From Utricularia gibba (Eukaryota; Plantae; Magnoliophyta): a DNA stretch of 64,000 bases. The stretch lies in contig NEEC01000002.1 of assembly GCA_002189035.1 (NCBI GenBank), forward strand, positions 5,084,001-5,148,000, read 5' to 3'. The notes beneath the pieces were generated by a model, which had not been told where the DNA came from, did not search any database, and was given only the letters and a program-made list of their open reading frames with translations. Shown here in pieces: positions 50,901-63,175 of the stretch (positions within the stretch are counted from its first letter, which is position 1; each line of letters starts with the position of its first letter). The position numbers were made by a program, and so were the translations under genes.

Positions 50901-53900
50901 GTCCCAAAACAGCACCCACATCATGATTACTTGCATCACACATGATCTCAAAATCATATTTCCAATCAGGTGGTTGCATAATAGGTGCGGTAGTAACAGC
51001 CTTTTTTAAAGAATTAAAAGCATGCTTACATGAATAATCAAAATCAAAGGCAACATCATTATACAACAACCTGCTTAGAGGTAAGGCAATTTTTGAAAAA
51101 TTCTTAATAAACCTCCTATAAAAACCGACATGGCCTAAAACAATTCCATGATCCACCATAAAATGACATTTTTCAGAATTTAAAACCAAATTTTTCTCCA
51201 CACATTTCTTCAAAACCTGATCTAAATGGTCTAAGCATGACTCAAAATTCTCTCCATAACCACAAAATCATCCATAAATATTTCAATAAAATCATTATCG
51301 AAATTAGAGAAAATACTGATCATACACCTCTGAAATGTGGCTGGGGCGTTACACAATCCGAAAGGCATCCTCCTATAAGCATAAGTTCCAAATGGACATG
51401 TGAAGGTTGTCTTATCTTGGTCCTGCTCTGAAATAAGAACCTGATTATATCCAAAATATCCATCCAAAAAACAATAAAATGATTTTCCAACCAATTTTTC
51501 CAGCATCTGATCAATAAAAGGCAAAGGATAATGGTCTTTCTTTGTCACTTCATTTAATTTTCGATAATCAATGCAAACGCGCCATCAATTTTGCACCCTT
51601 TGTGGAACAAGCTCACCTTTCTCATTTTCTACCATAGTTATCCCTGTCTTCTTTGGCACCACGTGAATGGGACTCACCCATTCACTATCTGTGATAGAGT
51701 GAATAATTCTTGTATCATGGAGTTCAACAATTTCTTTTCTTATCACATCCATCATATTTGGGTTGAGGCGTCTTTGAGGTTGACGAACTGGTTTTGCACC
51801 ATCCTCTAGAAATATTCTGTGCATGCATATGGATGGGGAGATCCCCTCAATGACATCAAACGTCCAACCTATTGCCTTCTTGTTTCTATTTAGGACCTCA
51901 AGCAATCGTGACTCTTGGTCTGAGCTTAGACCAGTGGAGATGATAACAGGGTTCTTGAACTCTGCATCAAGAAAAACATATTTTAAATGGTTAGGCAACG
52001 GTTTCAATTCAGCTAACCTCTCTTCCTGAGTCTTGGCATGTACCATATTTAATTGCTCGAATTTTTCTTCAGCTTCAATTTTTGCAAATAAAGATTCTTC
52101 ATGAGCCTCTTCTTTCTCTTGAATTTCTTTCTTAAAGTGCTCTTCAATGAGTCCATCCATGACATCTACAGCACAAATACTCTCAAAATCACTTGGATAA
52201 TTCTTCACATTCTTCATGTCCAGTGTGATTTTGTCTTCATCAAAAGAAAGCTCAATGGTTCCCATTTTCACGTTAATGATAGCATAAGAAGTGCTCAAGA
52301 ATGGTCTGCTTAAAATAATTTTCGTGTCCTTTGATCCTCCATTGAGCATGTTAATCACATAAAAATCAGCTGGGAACACTAGATGCTCAATTTTCACCAA
52401 AACATCCTCCACCAAGCCTTTGGGGGAAATTACTCTCCTATCTGCTAACTCAATTTGCACACCCGATGCTTGCAAAGGTCCCAACCTAAGTGCCTCAGAG
52501 ACAGAGTTTGACATGACATTTATAGAAGCCCCCAGGTCTGCCATAGCCCTCTTGATGCACAAATCTCCTATTTTGCAAGGGATAAAAATGTACCCGTATC
52601 CTTGCGCTTCTCGGGTAGTTTCCATGTCAAAAGTGCTGAGCAGCTTTCACTCAATTTCACCTTGCCCTTCTCTTTCAGCTTGGGTTTAGACATGCATAGC
52701 TGCTTCACATACTTGACACTCTTGGGAACAAGATCAATATACTCCAAGAGAGTTAAATTCAATTGAGTGTTCCCCAATGCCTTCAACATTTTTTCCTTCT
52801 CGGTTTGCTCTTCTTTCAGCTTCAGCCTTCCTGGAAAAGGAGGCTGGGTCACCTTCACCATGACAGGTTCTAGAAGTACTTCAATTTCGTCCTCACTTTG
52901 CATAGCACCCTCGTACTCCTCTATTTCGTTCTCCTTAGTCCTAGGCTGGACTAATTCTCGTCTAGGCTTCTCTTTTCCACTCCTACGTGTCATGGCACTG
53001 ATGTTCGGTCCTTCACTAGAATTTGCGTTTGGCTTGGGTTGAGATGGCAAACTCCCTTTCTGTTTGAGGTCTCCAAGCTCTGCTGCTAGTTGACTCACTT
53101 AAACCTCCGAATTCCGGATTGCTTGTTGATTTTCAGCTTGATTCTTGATTGATTGCATCATGAATGTCTTCAACATTTATTCCAACGAATTTCCAGAATT
53201 CCCTCCAGCATTGCCTTGATTTGAGGCTTGAAATGGAGGTGCCTGATAAGATCTTTGCTCCTGAAAATTTTGCTGCCCCATGGTTGAGCTCTCCCCTCAT
53301 TAAGAATTTTTGTTGTTGCTCCAACGAAATTTTGGATGATCCCTCCAGCCTGGGTTGTAAGTATTTGAATATGGATCATATTTCTTCCTCTGCTAGGGCT
53401 CCAAATATCCCATAGCTTTGGCATGCTCCTCCTCAAATAAATCTGGGTACTTGTCCGCAACATGCCCTATTCTGTGACAGTTTCTGCACGGCATATTCTT
53501 GGCTTGGAATAAGAACAGCTCCTTCATCATTTCTGACATAGCAGCAACATTTTTTGTGAGTTCATTCTCTGAAACCCTAGGCTTGCTCTTCACTTCATAC
53601 ACCCTCTTGTTTTAGGCTTGCTTCCTGTGACATGCCTCGAATGCTCAGCCAAATCCTCAAACAAGGAAAGAGCTTCGATTGGTGTCTTTTTCCTTAAAAA
53701 TCCTCCTACCGCTGAATCTACCATGGCTCGGTCAGTGCACAAGAGACCATTATAAAAATATTTGACCAAAGCATTGGTCTGAAAACCATGGTGTGGGTAG
53801 GATCCCAAGAGATGATTAAATCTCTCCCAATATTCGTGCAATGATTCTCCACTCATTTGTTCAACATCACTGATTTCCTTTCTAATACCTTCAGCCTTGG

Positions 53901-54303
53901 AAGCTAGAAAATATTTGCTCAAAAACACTTTCTTCATTCCAACCCAATCGGTTATGCTTCCAGGCCTTAGTGAGTTGAACCACGTTTTAGCTCCTCCTTT
54001 CAAAGTAAATTGGAAGGCTCTCAAAAAAATGGAATCTTTAGTCATTCCAGCTCCTTTGAGTGATGTGCATACCGCTGTTACATTGTCTAGATGCTCATTG
54101 GGATTTTCTCCAATTTTTCCATAGAATTTGGGCAAAAAATTGATCATGGCTGGTTTCAGCTCGTTTGCTCCATCCTCTGGAAATCTGATGCACAGACCCC
54201 TGTAAGTATGATCAGCAGCATCCAATTCATTCAAGATCTTCTCAGGTTCAGCCATTCTGAAACTGCTGTTAGTCTCGGGTGGGAGCTGCCTCAATCTGCT
54301 CAC
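47933..54303 (-). pseudogene. Athila-like gag-pol, disrupted
   Basis: gag 53590-54303 (LPKFYG...LRAFQFTLKGGAKTWFNSL); protease DLGASINVM; RT 51231-51548 (YRRMPFGLCNAPATFQRCM, FMDDF); RNase H 50404-51213 (CDAS); integrase 49624-50300 and 47933-48342 (HPQTNGQTE, WIGPF). Confidence 0.95.
48343..49618 (-). mobile_element. Solo LTR, family B, inserted in the Athila integrase
   Basis: TG...CA termini with a perfect TSD GCCCA. Removal restores LEHKA*WAVKKLN. Confidence 0.93.
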
Positions 54304-57221
54304 TTTCCTAACTCTTACCCTGTTCTTGCTGATAGCTCTCTCAATTTATGGGAGGAAAGTGAGATTACCTACACCAGAAGAACGTAAATGCATCAACTAG
54401 AAACACAAAACAATTAAATACCGCTCCTCAACAACGACGTCAATTTGATAAACAGAAATTTTAGCATATCGTTGCAACTAAAGCAAATCTCCGTATCAAA
54501 TAAATTTATAATTAGGTCTACCCTAAGCTAGTCCTCCATATCATCACCAACCTTACAATTAGGTCTACCCGCATGCAAAGCATATAGAACTAGGTTCTAC
54601 TGGTTCTAACCCGGACTAACACCTACTGCTCCCGTCTTGATTTGTTGGTGTACCTCTAAATCAAGCATATAAGTTGTGAAGCTACTTGTTCCCCTCCTTA
54701 GGTCTACCCATGGCTTGATAGAAACAAGAGCTAAGGGACAATAGTGAATTTTATTAAGACTCCTAGACTCACTCCACCATGCTTCACCTTAAGGCACTCA
54801 TAGCGTTTAGCTACTCATGCTTTGAAGGTAAAAAGTGATGGCATTAACATAAAACAACGAAAATGTCGAGAACATTGTGTAGAAGTTGGGTGCAAAAGCT
54901 AAAAACATCAACAAGCTAAGATAAAGCAGTAAGGTTTCTTGATTCCGTCTGCCACTGTTCACAAGCCAGAACAGTGGCGCTGAACTGGGTCTTGATCTTC
55001 TTCCTTCACGCTGGAGGTTTTTCTCTAGAAAAATCGCCTTCTTCCTCCTTCTCCTTAAGTATTCTTCTGTGTTCGTGTTGGGGGAGAAACCCCCTCGTGT
55101 GTATTCTGAAAATTCTGGGGTGTGTCCCTCTTTTGCGACTCTCTCTCCTTCTTCTTCGCTCGCCTCCCACTGCCCAAGGAGGAGAGTGTACTTATTGCCC
55201 CCTATAGCCTAGTGACTTGCACGAAATCCAGATTTTTCCTTGATTCTTGGGCTGCTGCTAGACTCCAAGATTAGGTTAGACATGGGGTGGGCTGAATCAA
55301 AGGATTTAGCCCACTAATCACACCAAAAATTAAATTTTACTAAATTAAATAAAAACACTTAAAACTATAAAATAAACACTTAATTTTTCATATCCTAAAA
55401 CATGAAAATGTGTGTGTTATCATTCACCATTGCTGAAAACAAGGCTAATTTTTCCAAGAGTGAAGCAAAAAAAGACTTATCAAACTTAGCAAGTTTTACT
55501 TATTTTGAAGGTAATAGAGAAATTGATTTTGAAGATTCTATTGATTTTGAGATTGCACTAATGGCCACAAAATCAAATGAAAGAGTATGGTACCTTGATT
55601 GTGGAGTTTCAAATTACCTGATGGCAGATCTTAAATACTTAATAAATCTGCAAAAACTTGAACAAGAAAATTTCTTCAGCTGCAATGAAGATGGTGTGAG
55701 AATCTTGGGAAACAATAAGACAGTAATACTAATTCAAGGTAAAATGTTGAAGTTGTATGATGTTTTATATAGCCTCAACATTACTCAAAATTTGATCAAT
55801 TTTGGACAATTTATCAAACAAAATTTTGATGTTGAATTGGGTAGAGATTCCACTTGAAAAGTCACTCATTATATTCTCACTAATCCCAAAAAGAAGATTA
55901 CATTCAAGGTTGAACTTATGCCAAAAAACCTGTTCAAAGTGGAAGTATATACTTTCAAAAATTGTGTCTCATCTGTTAATAAAGAATGCTCTCTCTTACA
56001 TAGGCGTTTTAGGCATTATGGAATTAAAAATCTGAAAATCTTACAGAAAAGTGGAGAAGCTCATGAGCTCAAGGATGTACAACTGACACAACTTGTGTAG
56101 GCATGAAAATGATCAAATAAACAAGAAGACAGTTTGGCTCAAGAGATAGGCATGCCACTAAAAAATTAAAATTAATATATAGAGATGTATGCGATACATT
56201 CAAACAAATATCATTGAGTGGAATTAAGTATTTTATTATATTCATTGATAACTTTAATGGATATTACTGGATAGATTTTCTCAATAGCAAGGATCAAACA
56301 TATGATACATTTAGAAAGTTCAAAGTTGTAGTTGAGAATCAAAGTAACAAAAAAAACAAACTCTTCACATCGGACAATGGTGGAGAGTACTTAAGCAATG
56401 TATTGAAAAAGCTCTGTGATGATGAAGGAATCATTCATCACTTTATGACACCATACTCCCCTGGAGAAAATGGAACTTAGAAAGGAAAAATCAAACTATT
56501 TTAGAGATGATTCGATGGTTGTTGTTTGAGAAAAATCTACCTCTTTATCTTTGGGTCAAAGCTACCTCCACCATGGTTTACTTGCTTAATATGTTACCTT
56601 CAAAACCTTTGCAAGAAAAACTACTTATGAAGTATAGCATAGTCATCGACGGAGTGGGGGACACTTGAAAGTTTTTGGAAATTTAAGTTTTGTTCATATA
56701 CATGATGAAGTGAGAACAAAAGTGGATGAACAATCTCAAGTTGAAATTCTTGTAGGTTACAACAATGTAACCAAGGTTTATTGAATTTTTAAAAGAACTT
56801 CATAATCACTAATGCCATTTTTTATGAAGATAGAAGCTATAGTATCACTAATGATCAAATTTTCTATGATCTCGTTTTCGATAACGAAGAGTCTCTTGAG
56901 TGAGGTAATTTAAATAGTCAAGCTATAGAAGTTAATAGACATTATTTACCATAAGACACTTCTGAAGATCATGATTTAAGTGGTGAAGGTGATTCTAAAA
57001 ATGAAACAAGTACCGTTGAATCCACAAAAGATATTGACAATGAAACCCCAACATAAAAAACAAGAAGAATATATGATATTATGAGAAATTCAATATCTAT
57101 TGACTATCAGCTACTCACTTATCTGGCCTCGAATGACCATGTGAATTATGAAGATATTGTGAAAGAAGAAAAATGGAGAAAAGTCATGGAGGATAAATTA
57201 AAATCTATAAAAGACAATGTC

Positions 57222-59930
57222 TGATATTTCAAAACTAGAATTAGAATAGAAGGAAAAGAAAAGAAAGAATAAAGAAAGATCATACATATAATCATGACTA
57301 ATCAAAAAGCGACATATGTTTTAATTAGCTCATGATAACATAGATAAAACATACAACACGGCCAATCAGAGAGCGCCACATGTTTTAATATGGTGTTTAC
57401 ATGTGTTTCATGCAGACTAAGAAAATGTCGTGTGTTTTGATTGTGGTGACATGTATCTCGATTAGAGGAATTATAGATAAGCATGACTAACATTATAAAG
57501 GGAGCATAGATGAAAGGAAAAACATTTTGAAAGGAGGAAAACGTGGGGGATCTACTTATAGGGATATCATTAAGAAAGTTTACACTGTTGTGAAGTTTGG
57601 TTTGCTAAGAACTGTGTATCGATTCAAAATCACGAGATTTCTCAAGCTTATAGCATAGACGTTTATGAAGGGTTTGACTTTGGAAAGAATTGGTTTGGAC
57701 AAAGGTAAGCGGGATGACGGGTTCTGAATTTATGTGCTATGTTCTACGTAAAAATCTGTGCTTTTATGTGTTTCATGACTTTTATGCGCTAATTGGCTAT
57801 GATTCATAAGGTATGCTTAACTTCAAATTTCTTTATTCTTTGTTTATATTTCAAAAAAGAATTTATTGGTTTGGAGATGAGAGCAAGATGTTATAGATTT
57901 GTCTTTTAAAACCTTTTAAATTTGCCAAGCCCAAGAAACTAGTTTTTGAATCTAATCTCTTGATTTTGTAACTTTCTATTAGGTGCTTGAATTTCTGTTA
58001 TTTCTATTAATGAATAAAGCTTTTCTCCCTACCTTTCAAATGATTTTTATTTAGTAATTTTAAATCAAGAAAAGTTAATGAAATATGACATGGTGTTCTT
58101 GTGTATTGTGATGTGTTATGAGATTGAGTTATAGTATTTTGTAGTACAAAACTTATGGAGAACTGTTGATGCACAATCCTATATGCCAAGTATGCTTGAG
58201 GCAACTCCTTATGGAGTTTTAGCCACCAAACGATATGAGATTGAGGAATGCAAACTTGTGGATTTTGATGCGTGTCGTTTCCATAACAAATTTTAATATT
58301 TTTAAACTCATAAAACACAAAAGCGTAGTACGAGTGTCGAACATAGGGAGTTGTTTTTGAGTGAAAGGTGAGGTACACTGAATACAACTGTCATGATTTG
58401 TAAACAGTTTTGAAAGTAAAAGGTGCGAGAAACATTGGTGATGAAGCTTGAGTAAAGGAATAAGAGGGGTTTTGAACAAACAACAAAAATAAACGTAAGC
58501 GATGAATCTTAAATAAAGTAAATGTTTCTAGGATTGGAATGCTGTCCAACTATGTTCGTTGCGTCTTCACTCTTCTCTGGTCTTCTTGAGTACTCAGTTA
58601 TAGGAGTAAGGAACTGTCTACCCTCCCTTACACTCTCTTACAAGAAGGCACGAGAATAGCCCGATGTATCTCCTCCTTGGACAAACGTGAGAATAAGAGG
58701 TCCTGCCAGCGTACCCTCACGGCCGAATTGCACGCGTGTGCCCGAGTGTTGCCAATGACCCAATGAGTCCAGATACGAGGTCACTACCTATCCATTGATC
58801 CTGAGGTACGGCCATAGACAAAACGTAGTCTTCCTCCTAGCAAAAGGGCATGAGTTGGTGCTTTCCACCTTGCTCCTCTCAAAAACTCGTGGGTAATGAT
58901 CAGCTAACCATGCATCTTGAATAAGAGGACTGTTACAGAAAGACTGCAACATAGTCGCGCGAAGACATATGAAACCTGTTCAGATTCAAAGAAGAGATGA
59001 AGATAAGCTAACGAAACATAGATCTGTGGGTTTTCCAACCCAGAAACGGAATTTTCTAGCCGCGAACGGCCATACAAACTAAAGGAAACAAAAACAAAGT
59101 TCTAGAGAAAAGCTAGAGGAAAATCCTCTAGAGAGAGAAACAAAAGGAAAAAACTAAACTAACTACTACTTGTCCAGCGTCTGAACAGAACTAAACTTCA
59201 ATGAGAGTCTGAGATTTCGTGTCCCCTTGGTTCTGTTGAACTTGGGATGACTTGCAAGCAACGTTTGCTCTAACACTAGTACTCTAATGATGTCGCCTGT
59301 CAGAGACTCTCGTGTTCCGCATATCAAGGCTCATGATTAGGTGTCTGCAGTCTTTCGGAAATCAAGGGAATCTCAGCTCGGGAAAATCCAATTCGTCGCC
59401 ATCTGATGCCCTCTTTCTCTCACTTCCTACCACGTGTGCGCTTTCTAGAAAAACTGAATTAAAACTAGCAAAATTATTAGATAAAATACAAGATTTAGGA
59501 TAATTACCCTAAACTAAATAAAAACCTAAATCTCATATTATAGACTCCTAATTAGACATTCCTAATCACAATTAAGCATAAAAAAAACCTAAGAAATAAT
59601 AAGAAAATGACACTTAACAGAGTTGGGAAAGGGGGTGGCACTCCTTTATTGATTTCATGAGGCCAAAGACAAAAAAAATTTCTTGAACTTTCCCTCTAGG
59701 ATTGCTAGACTAAAGTTACTCAGATCAAGGGGGTGCAACCATTCAAATAATAGTCACATAGTTAATTGATTCATGATATGTCAAATGTTATTACTTATTA
59801 TTTTTCTAATGAGCCTTTATTTTTAATGGATACATGCTTGCTCTACATGACCTTCTTGATTTAATGAATTTCATTCAATGCCTTGATCGCTAATTATTCT
59901 GAGAAACAAATGGAAAAGGCAGGATTTAGG
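57222..59930. mobile_element. Unclassified LTR-like non-coding fragment replacing part of the Copia RT
   Basis: The Copia RT stops at ...KDNV (57220) and resumes near LARLEMI (~59935). The intervening non-coding, LTR-like sequence has no TSD and itself contains a solo LTR. Confidence 0.4.
58266..59619 (-). mobile_element. Solo LTR, family B (diverged copy)
   Basis: TGATGCGTGTCG...GACACTTAACA termini with TSD GATTT/GAGTT; homologous to 48343-49618. Confidence 0.85.
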
Positions 59931-61834
59931 TATTATCTTTAGCAAGGCTAGAAATGATTAAGGTAATTTTAGCATTAGCTACAACCCAACATTGATTGAT
60001 ATACCATCTTGATGTCAAAACAATCTTTCTGAATAGTCTTCTTGAAGAGGAGGTATACACTGTGAAACCATCTCATTTTGAAATTCTTGTGAAAATAGAA
60101 AAGACGATAAAATTAAAAAAGTTTTTATATGAACTCAATTACTCAAATAAGATCCTCAAGCTTGGAATGAAAGAATAAATAGATTTTTTGTGAAATTTGG
60201 ATGTACAAGAGCACATGGAGATTATTCATTGTATGGAAAACCAACGATCATAAGATACTATGATCTCTTGATTATTGCAAATATGAACATATGATTCAAG
60301 ATTTCAAAGGCATACTCATAAAAGAATTCAAGATGATTGATCTTGGAATGATGAATTTTTGTGTGTATCGAAATCATTCAAAAATCAGGGAAAGAAATCT
60401 TTATTTTTTAGAGAAAATATTGTATGGAGATGCTGCAAAAATTTGGAATGAAAGACTCCAAAATTCTAAAAACTCTAATACATCATAAAATATATTGAAA
60501 GGCTAATAATGAAGAAAAATATATTTATATTGCATTATTGTTATAAACCTTTGATGAAGTTGACCCTTGAGCTCGACTCAACGGCCACCTATACACGAAA
60601 TCCTCTGTGGTCAATTACCTGAATGCAATCTTCTTTTTGTTACCTATCGTGATATATATGAACAAGATTAATACAAAAGTTGTTTTTTATTTTAAAAGCT
60701 GTCTAGTACACATGGGATGTTTCATATATATTCATCCCATATACAAGTTGGACCTCACTCAAGCTAAAAACTAAATAGATACTTCTTCACTTCACTCCTA
60801 CCCTAGCATTCCTAGCTTCTAAGAGTTGATCTACTAGCATAGCATATAGAATCCTTGTTGGTAGTGAGGTTCCTCACATCCCACCTCGCTTCCGCTAATT
60901 CTTCCCACTTAGAAGAAAACTTTGGGAAGTAATCCTTCATTACATGCAATTCCTTTGAAGTGGCATTTACAGGGGAAAGTCATTTCCAATGCACCAATAT
61001 CTCCTAGAATAGAACAACTTCCTCTTTCATTTTGATCTCCAAAAGAGGATCGGTCTGCTTCGGATTGCTTTCGTGACATCTCTTCAAGGATCCTACATTA
61101 AAAACAGAATAAATATGCATACTTGAGGATAAATTCAATTTGTAAGCTAAGTGTTTGACCTTCTTGAGAATTTTATAAGGTCCACAAAATTTTTTTAGAT
61201 AGCTAGACTCCGACAGCCATCTTCCTCTTGTAAGTGAGAGGTAGTTTCAACCACACTCACTCACCTACCTGGATGTAACGATTCTCAATGACACCCTAGT
61301 CAGGAGGACCATCACCATGCGTGCTTGTAGTGTGATTGCACAGCACACTCCGCCTGGAAGGCATCCCGTGCTGCACATCCTGCGTGCACCCCTAGTACAG
61401 CCTTGCCTGCATGCGGTCTATGTTCTCGCCATGTCTATCCGCATGTGGGGTCCTGGGCATAGAGGTTAGCGCAGCATCAAAACACAATCTTTTATTCATA
61501 CTTAGCCAAAAAGGGTTGAGTCCAAACAAGTAGAGAAAGAGAGGAAAGAAGCAAATCATGTAAGGTTCACGTGACGCATCCCAAGTACTCCCTTGACCAT
61601 CATCGCTCAGCCGCCCCATCCTCGCCATCCACCATGCCTACCCATCCATGTTCTCATTCCCATACGTCCCTACAAGACCTGTAAGGGGTTTGTCTCGTAC
61701 TATACATGGCCTTGACCATATAAACATATAGAGAAGAAGAAACAGTAATCCATATGACATCCCTTGACCCTTGATCGACTGGAAGGCCTTCCCTTAATTG
61801 ATCTTTCGATCCCTTGATTGGCTGATGCCCCTTG

Positions 61835-61905
61835 ATTGAACCCTAAGATTCCCTTGATTGAACCCGAAGGTTCCCTTGATTGAACTCGAAGGTTCCCTTG
61901 AATGA
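61835..61905. repeat. 22-bp tandem repeat inside the solo LTR
   Basis: ttcccttgattgaacccgaagg-type unit, about 3.5 copies, with scattered cccttga motifs nearby. Confidence 0.8.
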
Positions 61906-62604
61906 CATGAATCTCGCACAAGCGCGTTGCCTTTGGGTTGGGGTGGCCATCTCCCCTTCCCTCCCCTTGATTGGCATTGGTCATACATTCCTTGACTCAC
62001 TATACCATTGATCTATGCCCTTGACATAATAGAACACCCATGTTAGTCTCTAAAACCGTATGGACTATCCCTTATCGGATCAAAGCGCCTTCTCCCCTTA
62101 TTCCTCTAGCAGTCCACCTAGCCTTTCGCCGCCTTGACTCCTTCAGCCTTGCATCTTTGTGGTGTGGGAGAGTGGGGGGAGGAAGGAGGGCTTCGACCCT
62201 TCCCCTTATATAGAGGTTAGCCTCTCCTTATGGATATTTCCATATCTCTAAGATTCGATCCCCTTGATTTTAGGAAACTTCCTCCTTTGACCATATCTTC
62301 CATATCTTGTGAGATTTGATTCTCCCTTGAGTTAGGAAACTTCCCTTGACCATGTCCTTGCCATATCTCGCCATATCTTACCATATTCGTGCACCCGCGC
62401 GCACTATCCCTTGCGCGAGCTAGCCTTGATGCTTGCTGACTTCTACCCCTGACAGCCTCTACATGTGATGCTTCCCTGCTCTCCCATTAACCTCTATGCA
62501 AGCCTTCTTGCATCTCCATCTAGGCTTTATGCACACTGCATGCGCGCTAACCTCCATGCATGTCCGCTAGACTCTATCACACTTGCTGTTCGCACACTAC
62601 CTTA

Positions 62605-63175
62605 TTCGCCATGCTGCGTGTACGATGTCTTGCCCGTGTGCTGTGGGTACCATGTCCCTGCTTACCATCGCTACTCACGTGATGTCATGCACGCACATTT
62701 CCTTGTTCGCCAGCACTACTCGCATGATGTCTCGCCATCACACTACCCATACATGTCCATGCTCGCCATGACGTCTCGCCCTTGTGCTGCTCATGCATGT
62801 CCCTGCTCGCCATGCTGCTCGTATGATGTCTCGCTTGTGTGCTGTGCATACCATGTCCCTGCTCGCCATCGCTACTCACATGATGTCTTGCCCGTGCATG
62901 TCCTTGTTTGCCAGCACTGGTCGCATGATGTCTCGCCATCACGCTGCCCATACATGTCCATGCTTGCCATGATGTCTTGCCATCATGCTGCCCATGCATG
63001 TCCCTTCTCGCCAGTGCTACTCGCATGATGTCTCGCCATCGCATCATCCATGTATGTCCCTGTTCACTAGTGCTACTCGCATGATGTTTCACCATCACGC
63101 TGCTCATGCATGTCCCTGCTCGCCAATGCTACTTGCATGATGTCTCACCCATGCGCTGCCTATGCACGTCCCGTG
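62605..63175. repeat. CATG-rich minisatellite with ~200-bp higher-order structure in the LTR U3 region
   Basis: Subunits like catgtccctgctcgccagcgctactcgcatgatgtctcgccatcacgctgcc. The block starting ~62608 is repeated from ~62810. Confidence 0.85.

Larger units (their letters stand above)
45342..55422 (-). mobile_element. Full-length Athila-like Ty3/Gypsy retrotransposon (family A), inactive
   Basis: LTRs at 54446-55422 (5') and 45342-46698 (3'), TGATA...TATCA, with a perfect TSD TTCAC. Decayed tRNA-Asp-type PBS at 54421-54443. gag-PR-RT-RH-INT order. Confidence 0.95.
44062..60500 (+). mobile_element. Degenerate Ty1/Copia element hosting nested insertions
   Basis: Putative 5' LTR at 44062-44317 (TGTT...AACA) with PBS tggtatctaagc. 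gag 44394-45341; protease WYLDCGVSNY near 55585; integrase 56214-56480 (SDNGGEY); RT pieces at 57140-57220 and 59930-60490 (YHLDVKTIFLN). No 3' LTR seen. Confidence 0.8.

Noticed and set aside
54421-54443. tRNA-like sequence
   Set aside because: It is the decayed primer-binding site of the Athila element, not a tRNA gene
58141-59680. Apparent ORF (VQNLWRTVDAQ...CKLVD) interrupted by the solo LTR at 58266
   Set aside because: After removing the LTR and one TSD copy, the frame stops within about 10 codons. No motif was recognised, and it is likely non-coding LTR sequence.
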